Virus record (IMG/VR): IMGVR_UViG_3300042013_000103
DNA length: 64,000 bases
Reading direction: 5' to 3' (one strand)
DNA from: a virus
Lineage: Duplodnaviria > Caudoviricetes
Part shown: piece by piece, positions 37,255 to 46,910 of the stretch
Layout of the letters: each line of letters begins with the position of its first letter
How positions within the stretch are numbered: the stretch's first letter is position 1
Notes under the pieces: generated by a model
Seen by the model: the letters and a program-made list of their open reading frames with translations, nothing else
The model's database searches: none
What the model was told of the DNA's origin: nothing
Program-made: the position numbers and the translations under genes

Positions 37255-38295
37255 TTACAGGTTGATGTGGATGGACTTGGGTTTCTCCACCCCGGTTTCC
37301 ATCAGGTTAATCGACAAACGCGACTGGCCGTAGTTGGACAGTTCGAAGGAGGTCACCACAGGGTCGTTCAAGGACTTCAAGACCATGACCAAATACTCGT
37401 TGATCCAACCGAGGGGCAACTTCAGCAGTCCGGCGAGTTTCTCGAGGCCCTGGGAAGCCCGCTCGATGGACATGCACGCCACCGCATGGCTGTCTTTTTT
37501 GTGTTCGTGTGAATTGACGTCCATCGCGTGGATGGTGGCGTCGTCTTTAAACAGGTAATAGCTTCCGGTGTATTGCGACGTCAATTCGTCATGACCATAC
37601 CGGTGTGTCGTACGCACTAGCTGCCCGTACTGCGGGTCGAGTTTCGGGATGAGCGAAACAGGCGCAACGCCGAGGTTCAACACCACCGAGTAACTCAGGC
37701 CGGCTTTCAGGTAATTGGCCGTGAGGGTGTAATCATGACTGGATTTGGTCAACCGCATGTTGTCGCAGCCAAAACCCTTCTCACTCAGGGCTTTGTCCAG
37801 CTGAGCGAACATGCTGACGCGGGCAATGGAACTGTCCCCGCCGTCGCGGCACAGGGTCACGGCCGTAATGATCGTGCGCTTGCGGACGTCCGCGGTGACC
37901 AGTTCCTCGACAGACCGGTCGACGTACCAGCTGTTCCGGGGTTTCAGTTCCAGGATGCTGAAACCGGTGGCTTTCACCACCACGGTGCCGCCTTTGGGTC
38001 GGAACCCCACCAACGGGTATGTCCCGCCATCGCGGGTGTCGTCGATGGCACCTTCAATCAGATGATATTCAGCCGGCACATGGCCGTTCAACACGTCGGA
38101 CAGGAGGACCTGGTCTTCTTCTTTGATCTTGGTGCGTTCGGGTTGGCATGCAGCCTGCCACGGCAGAAAAGGATCGGCACCCGTGGCCGATGCCGAGGCG
38201 TTCACAGGAGCACCGGCGGTTACAGCGACTTGCGGTTCTTCCGACGGAGCAATTTCGGCATCGGTTTGTTGCTCATTAACGAGGGACATCGGCAC
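37255..38295 (-). CDS. Hypothetical protein, 346 aa
   Basis: Long ORF followed by hairpin at 37211-37247. Confidence 0.6.
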   Translation of the reverse strand: MPMSLVNEQQTDAEIAPSEEPQVAVTAGAPVNASASATGADPFLPWQAACQPERTKIKEEDQVLLSDVLNGHVPAEYHLIEGAIDDTRDGGTYPLVGFRPKGGTVVVKATGFSILELKPRNSWYVDRSVEELVTADVRKRTIITAVTLCRDGGDSSIARVSMFAQLDKALSEKGFGCDNMRLTKSSHDYTLTANYLKAGLSYSVVLNLGVAPVSLIPKLDPQYGQLVRTTHRYGHDELTSQYTGSYYLFKDDATIHAMDVNSHEHKKDSHAVACMSIERASQGLEKLAGLLKLPLGWINEYLVMVLKSLNDPVVTSFELSNYGQSRLSINLMETGVEKPKSIHINL

Positions 38296-38401
38296 GTACT
38301 CGTGAAGGTTAGCGGGGCTATCACAAAATGAGACAGCGCAGTATAACTACATTTCTGAAGCCAATGGTGTAGATTAATAACTGGCCTAAACAGGTGTACC
38401 C

Positions 38402-39634
38402 ATGACCAGAGTGACCATTAAGGAAGTCTTGGACGAAGAGTTCAAAGACGTGAAGTTCGACACTGAACTCTGCAAGCGGATCATCAAATACAACGTGCGG
38501 TTGATGAACGTCAACGCCAACCACTCCGCGTTCTTCGGCGGGGTGTTGATTGGGGTGAATGAAATCCGGTTTCACGAGTCGGACATGGAACTCTGGTACG
38601 AGGACGTGTTGGGCATTGACGAAGAGATGCTGAAGCACAACTTCGCCCGGGTGTCGTCCATCGACAAAGACCACAAAGTGATCTCCACGGCGTTCAACCA
38701 CCTACCGGGGTACATCACTTACCGGTTGAACCAAGAACGGAACATCCCGCAGAACGTCCGGCACGAAGCGGAAGTGGCGTTGTTCATGATCATGCACATT
38801 CGGTTCTTGACCTCGTTGTTGGTGCCCCGCTTTAAGTACCCGGCCAAGAAAGCCATCGCCGAAGCGGCCTTTGCCGCGTTGTCGTACAAATACGACATCA
38901 AGAACTACGGCAGTTGGCGGGATTTGCTGAAGGCCCGTTCCGAAGACATCCTGGTGCGGGATTCGATCTACGCCAAAGTGTTCCAGCAGTACAACGACGA
39001 ACACATGGCGATCCGTTTGGTGTCCGACAAACAAACGCTCATCCGGAAACTGATCAACAAGTATTTCGGTGTGTATTGCCTGGTCAAAGAAAACGGGGGT
39101 CGGATTGTAACGACCTCGGACATGATGATGTCCACCGATGGTGACATGGTGCTGAAAGACCGAACCACGGGGTATTCGACCTACGTCAGTTACCTCAACA
39201 CAGTGATCCAACGGGAACGGGACTTCATTCGCCCAGAGTTGCAAACAGTGGTGGAACAAGCGGTGGAGCAGATGCCACCGCAGCTGCTCGACAAAACGTT
39301 GGCGTACATGTCCAAGAACTACACCCAAGCGCGCATGAAGCACTTGGAGACGTTTACGGAAGAGTGCTTGCTCTACACCTTTGATTACCTGCAGTCGATC
39401 CGGACTCAAGCAGGGCGCAACACGGACCTGGTGGGCATGGTCACCCAAGTGCGGGCCAAACTCATGGCCTCCCGGTCGGAAGACATTCGGGTGTTGACCA
39501 TTCGGGAAGCCGGGGAACAGATTGTCAAGGAAGCCACGGGCGTGAAAACCCCCGCCTCCTTAGCGGCCACCCGGACGGGGTTGATGCTGTACCTGATGTT
39601 GCGGGCGATGACCCGTCAACATTACGACAGTTGA
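38402..39634 (+). CDS. Conserved phiKZ-like virion protein (gp32 position), 410 aa
   Basis: Opposite-strand core gene following the tube/sheath block. Confidence 0.6.
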   Translation: MTRVTIKEVLDEEFKDVKFDTELCKRIIKYNVRLMNVNANHSAFFGGVLIGVNEIRFHESDMELWYEDVLGIDEEMLKHNFARVSSIDKDHKVISTAFNHLPGYITYRLNQERNIPQNVRHEAEVALFMIMHIRFLTSLLVPRFKYPAKKAIAEAAFAALSYKYDIKNYGSWRDLLKARSEDILVRDSIYAKVFQQYNDEHMAIRLVSDKQTLIRKLINKYFGVYCLVKENGGRIVTTSDMMMSTDGDMVLKDRTTGYSTYVSYLNTVIQRERDFIRPELQTVVEQAVEQMPPQLLDKTLAYMSKNYTQARMKHLETFTEECLLYTFDYLQSIRTQAGRNTDLVGMVTQVRAKLMASRSEDIRVLTIREAGEQIVKEATGVKTPASLAATRTGLMLYLMLRAMTRQHYDS

Positions 39635-39647
39635 CAAAAAAGAAAAT

Positions 39648-39682
39648 CATACGCCCTCTCCCGAAGGAGAGGGCGATATGCC
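39648..39682. terminator. Bidirectional hairpin terminator
   Basis: catacgccctctcc-cgaa-ggagagggcgatatgcc; near-identical to 61208-61244. Confidence 0.75.
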
Positions 39683-39683
39683 G

Positions 39684-39956
39684 TCACACCCGAGGGGCGA
39701 GAAAGTGCATCGGGTCATCGCGCGGGTCTTTGACCAACGTGCAGTCGACTTCCCACCAGCGTGCGCCGTAAATGTCCCAGCGGCGATAGCTGTTGTTGTA
39801 GGGTTGACGGAAACTGACGTTTTTGAAACGTTTGCGCAACCGCATCATGGCCATGTCTTTAAGGATCCGCCGTTCCCACGTAGGGCCCAACAGGACCCCG
39901 TCTTCCAGGTACGCCGAGAGGAGCTTGCCCATGGGCAATGGTTGGTGGTTGAGCAT
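39684..39956 (-). CDS. Hypothetical protein, 90 aa
   Basis: AGGA RBS; accessory operon. Confidence 0.55.
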   Translation of the reverse strand: MLNHQPLPMGKLLSAYLEDGVLLGPTWERRILKDMAMMRLRKRFKNVSFRQPYNNSYRRWDIYGARWWEVDCTLVKDPRDDPMHFLAPRV

Positions 39957-39973
39957 TATAATGTTCCTATTGG

Positions 39974-40285
39974 TTAAAGTTCGTGGGTGTTCTCGATGGG
40001 TGGGAAATAAAAGACTATGGTTTGGCGTTCGCCGCTGTCGCAGTTATACGCCTTGCGTTCAACGATGACCTTGGCCCAACCGGCAGCCAGGTACTTTTCC
40101 CGGACGGTGTTTTCTTCATGGACGTCGAGCATGTCGTCGAGGTCGTAGATAACCATCTCGATGTGCGCGTCTTCACCGCAGCCGTGAATGCCGTTCTCAC
40201 GATCCATGAAATCTTCAATGCGTTGAATGGCCAGCGCCGCATAGTTGGTTTGCATGAATTTGCGAGGGCCAGTGACGTTACTCAT
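39974..40285 (-). CDS. Hypothetical protein, 103 aa
   Basis: GGAGG RBS. Confidence 0.6.
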   Translation of the reverse strand: MSNVTGPRKFMQTNYAALAIQRIEDFMDRENGIHGCGEDAHIEMVIYDLDDMLDVHEENTVREKYLAAGWAKVIVERKAYNCDSGERQTIVFYFPPIENTHEL

Positions 40286-40297
40286 GTGTTGCCTCCG

Positions 40298-40702
40298 TTA
40301 AGGTTTTGAAATGTTCGGGTGACAGCACTCGGTGGTGATGATCTCGGAGTTGAAGTAGAGGCGCATCTTCGGGTCGAGGAGACCACCGGACGAGACATCG
40401 TCTTCCGCATCATCGTGCCCCGGGAACACGATGTGGTTGTAGGTGCGGTTGTTCCCGTTGATCGAAGGTGACATCGAAACCACCACCTCGTAGTGTGCGT
40501 TGCCGTGGATGTCCCACACTTCGTAGTTCCCGCTGTTAGGGAGCTTGCGTTTAAACGCCACGTTGATGAAACGTTTTAACAAAGCTTGTTGCGCCCGGTC
40601 CACGTGTTTCGGTTTGGTCCAGAAGACATCGCTGTCCTCGAAAATGATGACCTGTCCGTTTAGGCCACGGACGTTTTCCGCCATTTCAAGAAGGGTGGAC
40701 AT
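40298..40702 (-). CDS. 134-aa accessory protein carrying a PicA-derived C-terminal segment
   Basis: SSGGLLDPKMRLYFNSEII vs PicA SYGGLLDPKMRIYFNSETII; 40/42 nt identity. Confidence 0.7.
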   Translation of the reverse strand: MSTLLEMAENVRGLNGQVIIFEDSDVFWTKPKHVDRAQQALLKRFINVAFKRKLPNSGNYEVWDIHGNAHYEVVVSMSPSINGNNRTYNHIVFPGHDDAEDDVSSGGLLDPKMRLYFNSEIITTECCHPNISKP

Positions 40703-40729
40703 TATAATTTTCCTATTAAACGGGGGTGG

Positions 40730-41095
40730 TCAGGCTTTTGGTGCGTCACGCCGGATGTCTACGGTCACGTAGGACCCCGTGAGGTCCACACGGGCTTCTT
40801 CGATGACCTTACTGTGGATGCCCGCCAGGCTGCTGAAGTCGATCTCCACCAGCCGCACCTGCTTGCGTCCCGCCAAGCGCTGTTTGCACATGTCTTTCAC
40901 GTACGGCAGGTTGCACAGATTGGCCGTGGTGGTGAGCAGGTTGAATTCCTTCACCGCAGTGGCACAATCCATGAACCCCGACGGGACCATGTGATCGCTC
41001 CAGAACGGCACGCCGCCTTTGATGATGTCAATGCCCATGAAACGGATAGAGCCGTCGTCCAAGTCCATCGCTTCGATTGCATAGAGTAAGTCCAT
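40730..41095 (-). CDS. Hypothetical protein, 121 aa
   Basis: GAGG RBS. Confidence 0.55.
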   Translation of the reverse strand: MDLLYAIEAMDLDDGSIRFMGIDIIKGGVPFWSDHMVPSGFMDCATAVKEFNLLTTTANLCNLPYVKDMCKQRLAGRKQVRLVEIDFSSLAGIHSKVIEEARVDLTGSYVTVDIRRDAPKA

Positions 41096-41107
41096 GGTAA
41101 TGTCCTC

Positions 41108-41416
41108 TCAGTACATCGTGACGTAGGTCGAATAGAAGTCCGCAATGGCGTCGGCGTACTTCTGTTGGGTGGCCAGTGAATACTTGCCGTTAGGGAAGAT
41201 GACGCTGTAGCCGTCTTCCACCAACCCCGAAATGGCCACCGGTTGTTTCTTGTCGTAATCCACGCAGACTGAATCGACACAGTGGATCAGGGTCGAGTCG
41301 AGGATCATTTGGTGCAAGAGGTCTGCGTCGACCTCCGGGTGGTCCAAGGCAGGGTGATCCGCTGCGTGGGCTACATTCAACAACAAACCGCAGGTCAAGG
41401 CGAGAAGTAGTTTCAT
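41108..41416 (-). CDS. Secreted/periplasmic protein, 102 aa
   Basis: Sec signal MKLLLALTCGLLLNVAHA-A; mature part has HC-x4-C. Confidence 0.65.
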   Translation of the reverse strand: MKLLLALTCGLLLNVAHAADHPALDHPEVDADLLHQMILDSTLIHCVDSVCVDYDKKQPVAISGLVEDGYSVIFPNGKYSLATQQKYADAIADFYSTYVTMY

Positions 41417-41847
41417 GCCAAGTCATCCAGGTAAATGTGGTAAGGTATGTCGAACTGATGCAGCCGGTTCAACAGGTCCTGTTCTTGGTTATCGGTGCGC
41501 ATTAAGAACGTGAAAGCCCAATGCCGGTCGTCCGATTCAATCGCTTCGATTTCTTCTTTGTCCGGCACCACGGGATCGTTGAGCGTGCGAACGATGTGCT
41601 CAAGGTCTTTGAGCTGGGCCCAACTGTACGCCCGTGCCTCGATAACGGAGCGGGAAACGTACTGGGACGATTGAATACCGTACGTTTCAAACAACAAGGT
41701 CACAGCCGCTCCAGCGTCGCCGGGAACTTCCAGTAACACCCAACCGTCGCCTACAGTCTTAGCCACCAGCCATTGATTGTCGTCAACAGCTTTGAGAATG
41801 CGCTCGTAGTCGCCTTCAAAAATTGAGTACACACTGATCATCGTCAT
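41413..41847 (-). CDS. Hypothetical protein, 144 aa
   Basis: AGGA RBS. Confidence 0.55.
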   Translation of the reverse strand: MTMISVYSIFEGDYERILKAVDDNQWLVAKTVGDGWVLLEVPGDAGAAVTLLFETYGIQSSQYVSRSVIEARAYSWAQLKDLEHIVRTLNDPVVPDKEEIEAIESDDRHWAFTFLMRTDNQEQDLLNRLHQFDIPYHIYLDDLA

Positions 41848-41947
41848 GGTAGTTTTCCTATTGGTAGGGGATTAACAAAGGGGCGCTAGGCCCAAGGGTA
41901 TAAAAAAGAAAAAGAGAACCCACCCGCAGCTGGGTCCCCTTGGGGCA

Positions 41948-42115
41948 TTATGGAACGATGCCCGCCATCGTCATCAGTTTCTCCACGGCCAAGTAAATAC
42001 CGTACGGGGGAAACCACGAGAACAGCGTTTGCCAAGCCCCCTTGGCGATCACCACACCCATGCACCAGAGCACGACGATAAACGCCACGCCCATACCGTT
42101 TGTTTTTATCTCCAT
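41948..42115 (-). CDS. Small membrane protein, 55 aa (not in ORF track)
   Basis: MEIKTNGMGVAFIVVLWCMGVVIAKGAWQTLFSWFPPYGIYLAVEKLMTMAGIVP, hydrophobic. Confidence 0.6.
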   Translation of the reverse strand: MEIKTNGMGVAFIVVLWCMGVVIAKGAWQTLFSWFPPYGIYLAVEKLMTMAGIVP

Positions 42116-42118
42116 GTG

Positions 42119-42388
42119 TTAAGCCACCGCATTTAGGTTAAAGATTTTCTTCAGGACCGTCCGGGCGTCCACCGTCAACGCCGTTCGTTCCTCGTCGTTC
42201 AATGACGCGAAGACCGTTAATACTTCGTCAATGGCATTATCCAACGACAAGTGCTGTTGGGTCGGACTGAAGTCTTCGATGCCGAAGCAACGTTCATTGA
42301 CTTCCACCGCAACCGCATAACGGATGCTGGAGAGGAAAGAAGTGCGTACGGGGACTTCGTCTTGCAGCAGCTGTTGAAGGGTGCGCAT
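42119..42388 (-). CDS. Hypothetical protein, 89 aa
   Basis: AAGGAG RBS; promoter variant CCATATTAC at 42431-42439. Confidence 0.6.
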   Translation of the reverse strand: MRTLQQLLQDEVPVRTSFLSSIRYAVAVEVNERCFGIEDFSPTQQHLSLDNAIDEVLTVFASLNDEERTALTVDARTVLKKIFNLNAVA

Positions 42389-42442
42389 CGGTAAAGCTCC
42401 TTGGGTTAGTGTGAGAACAGTCTCACTTCCGTAATATGGCCG

Positions 42443-42787
42443 TTATGGGTTTTTAAAGGTGGTCAGGTAATCCGAGGGTTCCGCTGTAGAAGCTTGTATC
42501 GTTCGGATCACTTTCCCCAGCAGACTTTGTACGTACTGGTACGACTCGTCCTTCACGTCTAAGTCATTCCACGCTTGGGTGCACCGCAGGTAAAACCCTG
42601 AGGCACGTTCGAGGATATTCCCCAACACCACGTCGGGGTTATCCAACCGCATGAAGTTCACCCGCCGTTCACGCACGTCCCAGGTCACCAAGATGTTATC
42701 CTCTGGCAATTCCATGGAGTAGCCCGTGTGGGTCCGTGCCATCAGGATCAATTGAGTGGCGCGGTTCAGGAACATGGCTTTGCTCAT
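42443..42787 (-). CDS. Hypothetical protein, 114 aa
   Basis: AGGA RBS. Confidence 0.55.
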   Translation of the reverse strand: MSKAMFLNRATQLILMARTHTGYSMELPEDNILVTWDVRERRVNFMRLDNPDVVLGNILERASGFYLRCTQAWNDLDVKDESYQYVQSLLGKVIRTIQASTAEPSDYLTTFKNP

Positions 42788-42820
42788 TGTAAACAGTCCT
42801 ATTGGTTATTATGGTTGGGT

Positions 42821-43186
42821 TTACCTGGGGGTATCTGTGTCCAGATCCCAGTCGAGGATGAACTCGGAGATGCAGATGCCCGGATGGGCGTTGTCGAGTG
42901 ATATACGGGCGAACAGGATCTCTTCGTCTCGGAAGGTGAGTTGGGTGTAGATCAACTGATCGCGCATCCCCAAGATGCTGTGGGTGCGTGGCAACACCAC
43001 GGTGTATTCCATGCCCGGACGACACTCAACGCCGAAGTACTTCCGGATCATGTCATAGTCCACTGTACGGCTGGTGCCTGTCCGTGGGTTCATGACGAAC
43101 CACTCTTTGAAAGGAGCCGCCGCACCGAACGTGGTGAGGTCACGGAGTTCAAACTTGACAAACTGATCACTGCCTTGCATACACAC
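42821..43186 (-). CDS. Hypothetical protein, 121 aa
   Basis: GAGG RBS. Confidence 0.55.
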   Translation of the reverse strand: MCMQGSDQFVKFELRDLTTFGAAAPFKEWFVMNPRTGTSRTVDYDMIRKYFGVECRPGMEYTVVLPRTHSILGMRDQLIYTQLTFRDEEILFARISLDNAHPGICISEFILDWDLDTDTPR

Positions 43187-43194
43187 CTCTTGGT

Positions 43195-43419
43195 TTATTT
43201 TTCAGTACAGGTAAAGATGGCGGTGCCGCCACGCCAGTGGACGATGGCCCCGTTGCTGGTCCGAGCGATCAAGCTTTCCGGCAGCATGGCGGCTTCGATG
43301 GAGATGGCCTTCATGCATTTGGTTTGGTTGGTGTACTCGGACGTGCTGCGGTGAACGGGTCGAGTGGGGAGGTCATTTTGGTACAGCACCACGCTCAGAA
43401 TGGCCGATGCGATGTCCAT
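43195..43419 (-). CDS. Hypothetical protein, 74 aa
   Basis: AAGGA RBS; first gene after promoter at 43520. Confidence 0.55.
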   Translation of the reverse strand: MDIASAILSVVLYQNDLPTRPVHRSTSEYTNQTKCMKAISIEAAMLPESLIARTSNGAIVHWRGGTAIFTCTEK

Positions 43420-43505
43420 GAGATGTTCCTTTTAAGGGATAGCAACATAAAAGCCACCGAGGCACTATATGTTAGTGACCCCAGTAATCTTTCGCCGATT
43501 AAGTT

Positions 43506-43530
43506 GGTTTATCCCTGTTGTAATATAGTC
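43506..43530 (-). promoter_or_regulatory. Early promoter of accessory operon 39.7-43.4 kb
   Basis: CTATATTAC at 43520-43528. Confidence 0.7.
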
Positions 43531-43554
43531 ATTTAAATCGTTTCAATGCAACGC

Positions 43555-43590
43555 GGCATAAAGCCTCCCCCGCAGGGAAGGCCGTATGGC
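43555..43590. terminator. Terminator of sheath-tube operon
   Basis: ggcataaagcctcccccgcagggaaggccgtatggc. Confidence 0.6.
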
Positions 43591-43591
43591 G

Positions 43592-43777
43592 TTACTTGGA
43601 CGACAACGGGAACCGTTGGCTGGAAGCCGCCTGCAGGTCCTTACGGGCCGCAGCGCCTTGCTCTAACTGCGCAGCAAAGCCCACGTCAGTTGCTGAAGCC
43701 ACGTCAGTGGACAGCAGGTTGTTGTAGTCCGGCCGTTTGGGTTGCCCCGCCGGCGTGGAGATCGGTTCACCAGCCAT
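43592..43777 (-). CDS. 61-aa protein repeating the tail-tube C-terminal motif
   Basis: AAGGA RBS overlapping the tube stop; DVGFAAQLEQGAA vs tube [13 protein letters not shown]. Confidence 0.6.
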   Translation of the reverse strand: MAGEPISTPAGQPKRPDYNNLLSTDVASATDVGFAAQLEQGAAARKDLQAASSQRFPLSSK

Positions 43778-43789
43778 GTGCAGGTTCCT

Positions 43790-44659
43790 TTAAACAACGA
43801 TACGGTTAGCCGCGCCTTGTTCCAGCTGTTTAGCCAGACCGGTGTCAGCCGCACGAACGTCTGCCGTTGCCTTCTCAATCCAGGTACGGGTTTCGTTCGG
43901 GTTCATGCCGCCACGGTTCAACCCGGCCAGCAGTTCACGCGCGTACAGAATCACGCCATCAGAGATGTCGGTGATCGCCGTGAACTCGATGTTGAGGTCG
44001 AGGTTCTGACCGATCTGGCTGACGTCCTTGCGGGCGTCCCACGGACCGGTGCCGGTCGGCTGCATGTTGGTGCACAGGTACGCTTGCACCACGTCCGTCA
44101 TGGTTGGGTCCGGTTCGATGAACATCATCGACATGCCCGCGAAGGTCTGGTCGTAATGCTGCGCTTGAACCACACCGTCCGAAACGATACGTGGGTACTT
44201 GGTGTTTTCGTCCGCGATGCCGTAGGTGATCCACCACTTGATGAATTTCTGTACGGCACGGCCTTGCAGTTCCCACAAACCGAAGTTCGGGTTGCTCGGC
44301 GAACGGGTCACGTTGGTGGCCGTTTGGATACGCTCACCAGAACCGCCCCAAGGCGATTCAGCGTAGTCCACCTGGATCTGTTGAGTCAGACCTTCGATGG
44401 TGCGGGCGTGGGTTTCCACCAGAGCCTTCAGACAACGCACGAGGTAGGCTGCGTTGCTGGTGTACCGGAAGAACCGAGGTGCTTCCAGTAGGAACGGGAT
44501 CAGGTTACGGCCCACGTACGGGGTGTTCGATGCGATGTTGCCGAGAGCCGGAGCAAGCTGGAACGAGCCAGCCTGCGCCAAGTTCATCATGTTGGCAACG
44601 TTCGACGTACCGAAGCTCTGTTGAGGAGCGAACGGCGAGTTAAAACGGGTGATAGCCAT
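43790..44659 (-). CDS. Tail tube protein (phiKZ gp30-like), 289 aa
   Basis: Follows sheath gene; size and [15 protein letters not shown] motif. Confidence 0.8.
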   Translation of the reverse strand: MAITRFNSPFAPQQSFGTSNVANMMNLAQAGSFQLAPALGNIASNTPYVGRNLIPFLLEAPRFFRYTSNAAYLVRCLKALVETHARTIEGLTQQIQVDYAESPWGGSGERIQTATNVTRSPSNPNFGLWELQGRAVQKFIKWWITYGIADENTKYPRIVSDGVVQAQHYDQTFAGMSMMFIEPDPTMTDVVQAYLCTNMQPTGTGPWDARKDVSQIGQNLDLNIEFTAITDISDGVILYARELLAGLNRGGMNPNETRTWIEKATADVRAADTGLAKQLEQGAANRIVV

Positions 44660-44674
44660 TTCGTGTTCCTCTTA

Positions 44675-46783
44675 TTAACGACCGGCGACAGCAGGGACAG
44701 CCGGATCGCGATTTTCGCGACGGACCGTTTCCAGGTCGAAGTTGAAGGTGGTGTGCGGATTGTTAGCCGCAACAGTCACACGGCAGCTCCAGCTGGTGCC
44801 ATTGTTTTCGTCGATCGGCGAGATGTACGTACGCGGGATGATGTCGACACGATCACCGAAGAGATCTTTCGTCAGTTCCAGAATACGTTCGTCGGTACGC
44901 TCGATCAGCTGGTTCTTGTCGATGGACGCATCGCCCGAGAAGTCAGCGTGAACTTTGTAGATGAGACGGATCAGCACGCAGCAGATGTTCACGGTCACTG
45001 GCGACAGCAACACGGAAGTATCGTCCGCGGTCACGGAACGCAGGCACGGGTAGTACTGCGAACGGGTGTCGTACGACTGCGACCAGGTCGCGCCGTTGGT
45101 CCACACCTGGGAACGGGTGCGGGCATCGATGAACTCGATGTTCAGGCCTTTCACGAACGACACACGGTTGTTCGGCGACTTGTCCATCTTGAACGCTTCG
45201 TTCAGTTGACCGGTACCTGCACCAGCGTACTTGGCCCACTTCATCGCCACGTCGAGCAGTTGGGGCACGCGCTTGTTGTAGCCGCCCGCCATCAGTTTAC
45301 CCGACTGCAGCACGATCATCGCTCGGCAAACACCGGTGCCGTACAGGACGGATTCCGGGAAAGCTTTCAGGCGCGTGATCAACGCTTGGGTCCGGGAGGC
45401 TTCTTCCGTCACCGTCAGACCGCGCTTCTCGCCTTCGATCATGGTGGTGAAGAAGTATTGGATGTCCCGACGCGCTGCCATGGCGTTCATCGCCCGGAAC
45501 TTGGACTCCATCGGCAGGCCGGTGTCGTACAGCTGACCGAACTGGTAGATCGCGATGTTGTCGTACTGGTCGCCGAGTTTACCGAAGTTCAGGTTCTCGA
45601 TGTCAACCAGGTTGGCGTAGGTGTCCAGGTTCATGGTGCCGTCTTTGCCACCGGCCGCGAACACTACGGTTTGCTTGCCGAGCAGAATGCCGCCACCCAG
45701 AGCCCCTTCCAGTTTAACGGATTGGTACGGGTCGCCGTCTTCTTGCAGCATGGTCAAGAAGTCGATCTGAGTCGGCTCAGTGGCCTGGCTGGAAATGGCT
45801 GGGTTAACCCGCATCTCCGCGTCAAAGATCAGCTCTTGCACAACTTGTACGTTCGAGCGATATACGTATACCTGGCTGAACGGGGAGTACAGTGGGGACA
45901 GGCCCGCTTGCACACCGTCGTCGGCGTAACGGTCCACCAGCACTTCGTCGATGGTGTAATCGAGGTCGTTGGTGTTCGAGAACACGCCTTCGTCAAAGCT
46001 GACGTTGACGAAGTCTTCTTGGTTGGCCGTCTTGATAATGGTTGGGGTGGTGCCCACGGCCGGCATTTCCACGAACTGCACGCGGTACATGCGGGTCAGG
46101 AATTGAGCGGCAGTTTCTTCGTCGTACCCTTCCAGGTCCAGACGGGTCGGTGCCCAGATGCGCATGCCTTGGTTATTGCCCAGTTTGCCGAAGAAGCTGG
46201 CTGGCAGTTCCATCAACGGGTAAACCGAGGATTGACTGTTGTCGATGCTGGAAATCATTTCGCCCGGCAGGACACGCTGACCGCCGATCTCGGTGGTGTT
46301 GTCACGAATCAGCACGATGCGGGCGCGATAGCCTTCCACAGTCGCGTCGGTCGACACCGGGGAATCCGTCAGGTCCGTCACCAGGTCTGGGTAGTTGAAC
46401 CCGGAAAGCTGCTGCACGGTCACCGGGATCATGTCGCGAACCATTTCCAGGGCCATGATCAGACGCGCAGGGGCACCGGCATCTTCCGGCTTCAGACGCT
46501 TGACGTAGAAACCGTTGCCTTGACCCAGCAGGTTCAGAGCCAGCAGAGACTGCAGGTTGAAGTACTTGCTGCGCGGGGCGAGGGAGTCAGCACCAAAGAT
46601 CGATGCGAAGCCATCATCGGAGTCGCCGACATACGTGGTTTCAGTTGGACCGGTCTCGGTGAAGAGACGGAGCAAAGGACAGTGTTGGGCATACGTGATT
46701 TCCGGACGGATGAAAGGCCGACGCGAACGGTCACGGATACCATTAAACACTACCTGTGGAACGGCATTGCTATAAGTCGCCAT
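44675..46783 (-). CDS. Tail sheath protein (phiKZ gp29-like), 702 aa
   Basis: [14 protein letters not shown]-terminus, about 700 aa, divergent from the gp28-gp25 block. Confidence 0.85.
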   Translation of the reverse strand: MATYSNAVPQVVFNGIRDRSRRPFIRPEITYAQHCPLLRLFTETGPTETTYVGDSDDGFASIFGADSLAPRSKYFNLQSLLALNLLGQGNGFYVKRLKPEDAGAPARLIMALEMVRDMIPVTVQQLSGFNYPDLVTDLTDSPVSTDATVEGYRARIVLIRDNTTEIGGQRVLPGEMISSIDNSQSSVYPLMELPASFFGKLGNNQGMRIWAPTRLDLEGYDEETAAQFLTRMYRVQFVEMPAVGTTPTIIKTANQEDFVNVSFDEGVFSNTNDLDYTIDEVLVDRYADDGVQAGLSPLYSPFSQVYVYRSNVQVVQELIFDAEMRVNPAISSQATEPTQIDFLTMLQEDGDPYQSVKLEGALGGGILLGKQTVVFAAGGKDGTMNLDTYANLVDIENLNFGKLGDQYDNIAIYQFGQLYDTGLPMESKFRAMNAMAARRDIQYFFTTMIEGEKRGLTVTEEASRTQALITRLKAFPESVLYGTGVCRAMIVLQSGKLMAGGYNKRVPQLLDVAMKWAKYAGAGTGQLNEAFKMDKSPNNRVSFVKGLNIEFIDARTRSQVWTNGATWSQSYDTRSQYYPCLRSVTADDTSVLLSPVTVNICCVLIRLIYKVHADFSGDASIDKNQLIERTDERILELTKDLFGDRVDIIPRTYISPIDENNGTSWSCRVTVAANNPHTTFNFDLETVRRENRDPAVPAVAGR

Positions 46784-46910
46784 GTTTTTGCTTCTCCCAA
46801 ATATGGAGCTTTGAACTCGATCTTATGAGTGTTAACTAACAATCAATCATAGATATTAATCGTAACTGACTACGCTAGTTAGGTTTTACCAATCAAAAGG
46901 AGTCACCGGA

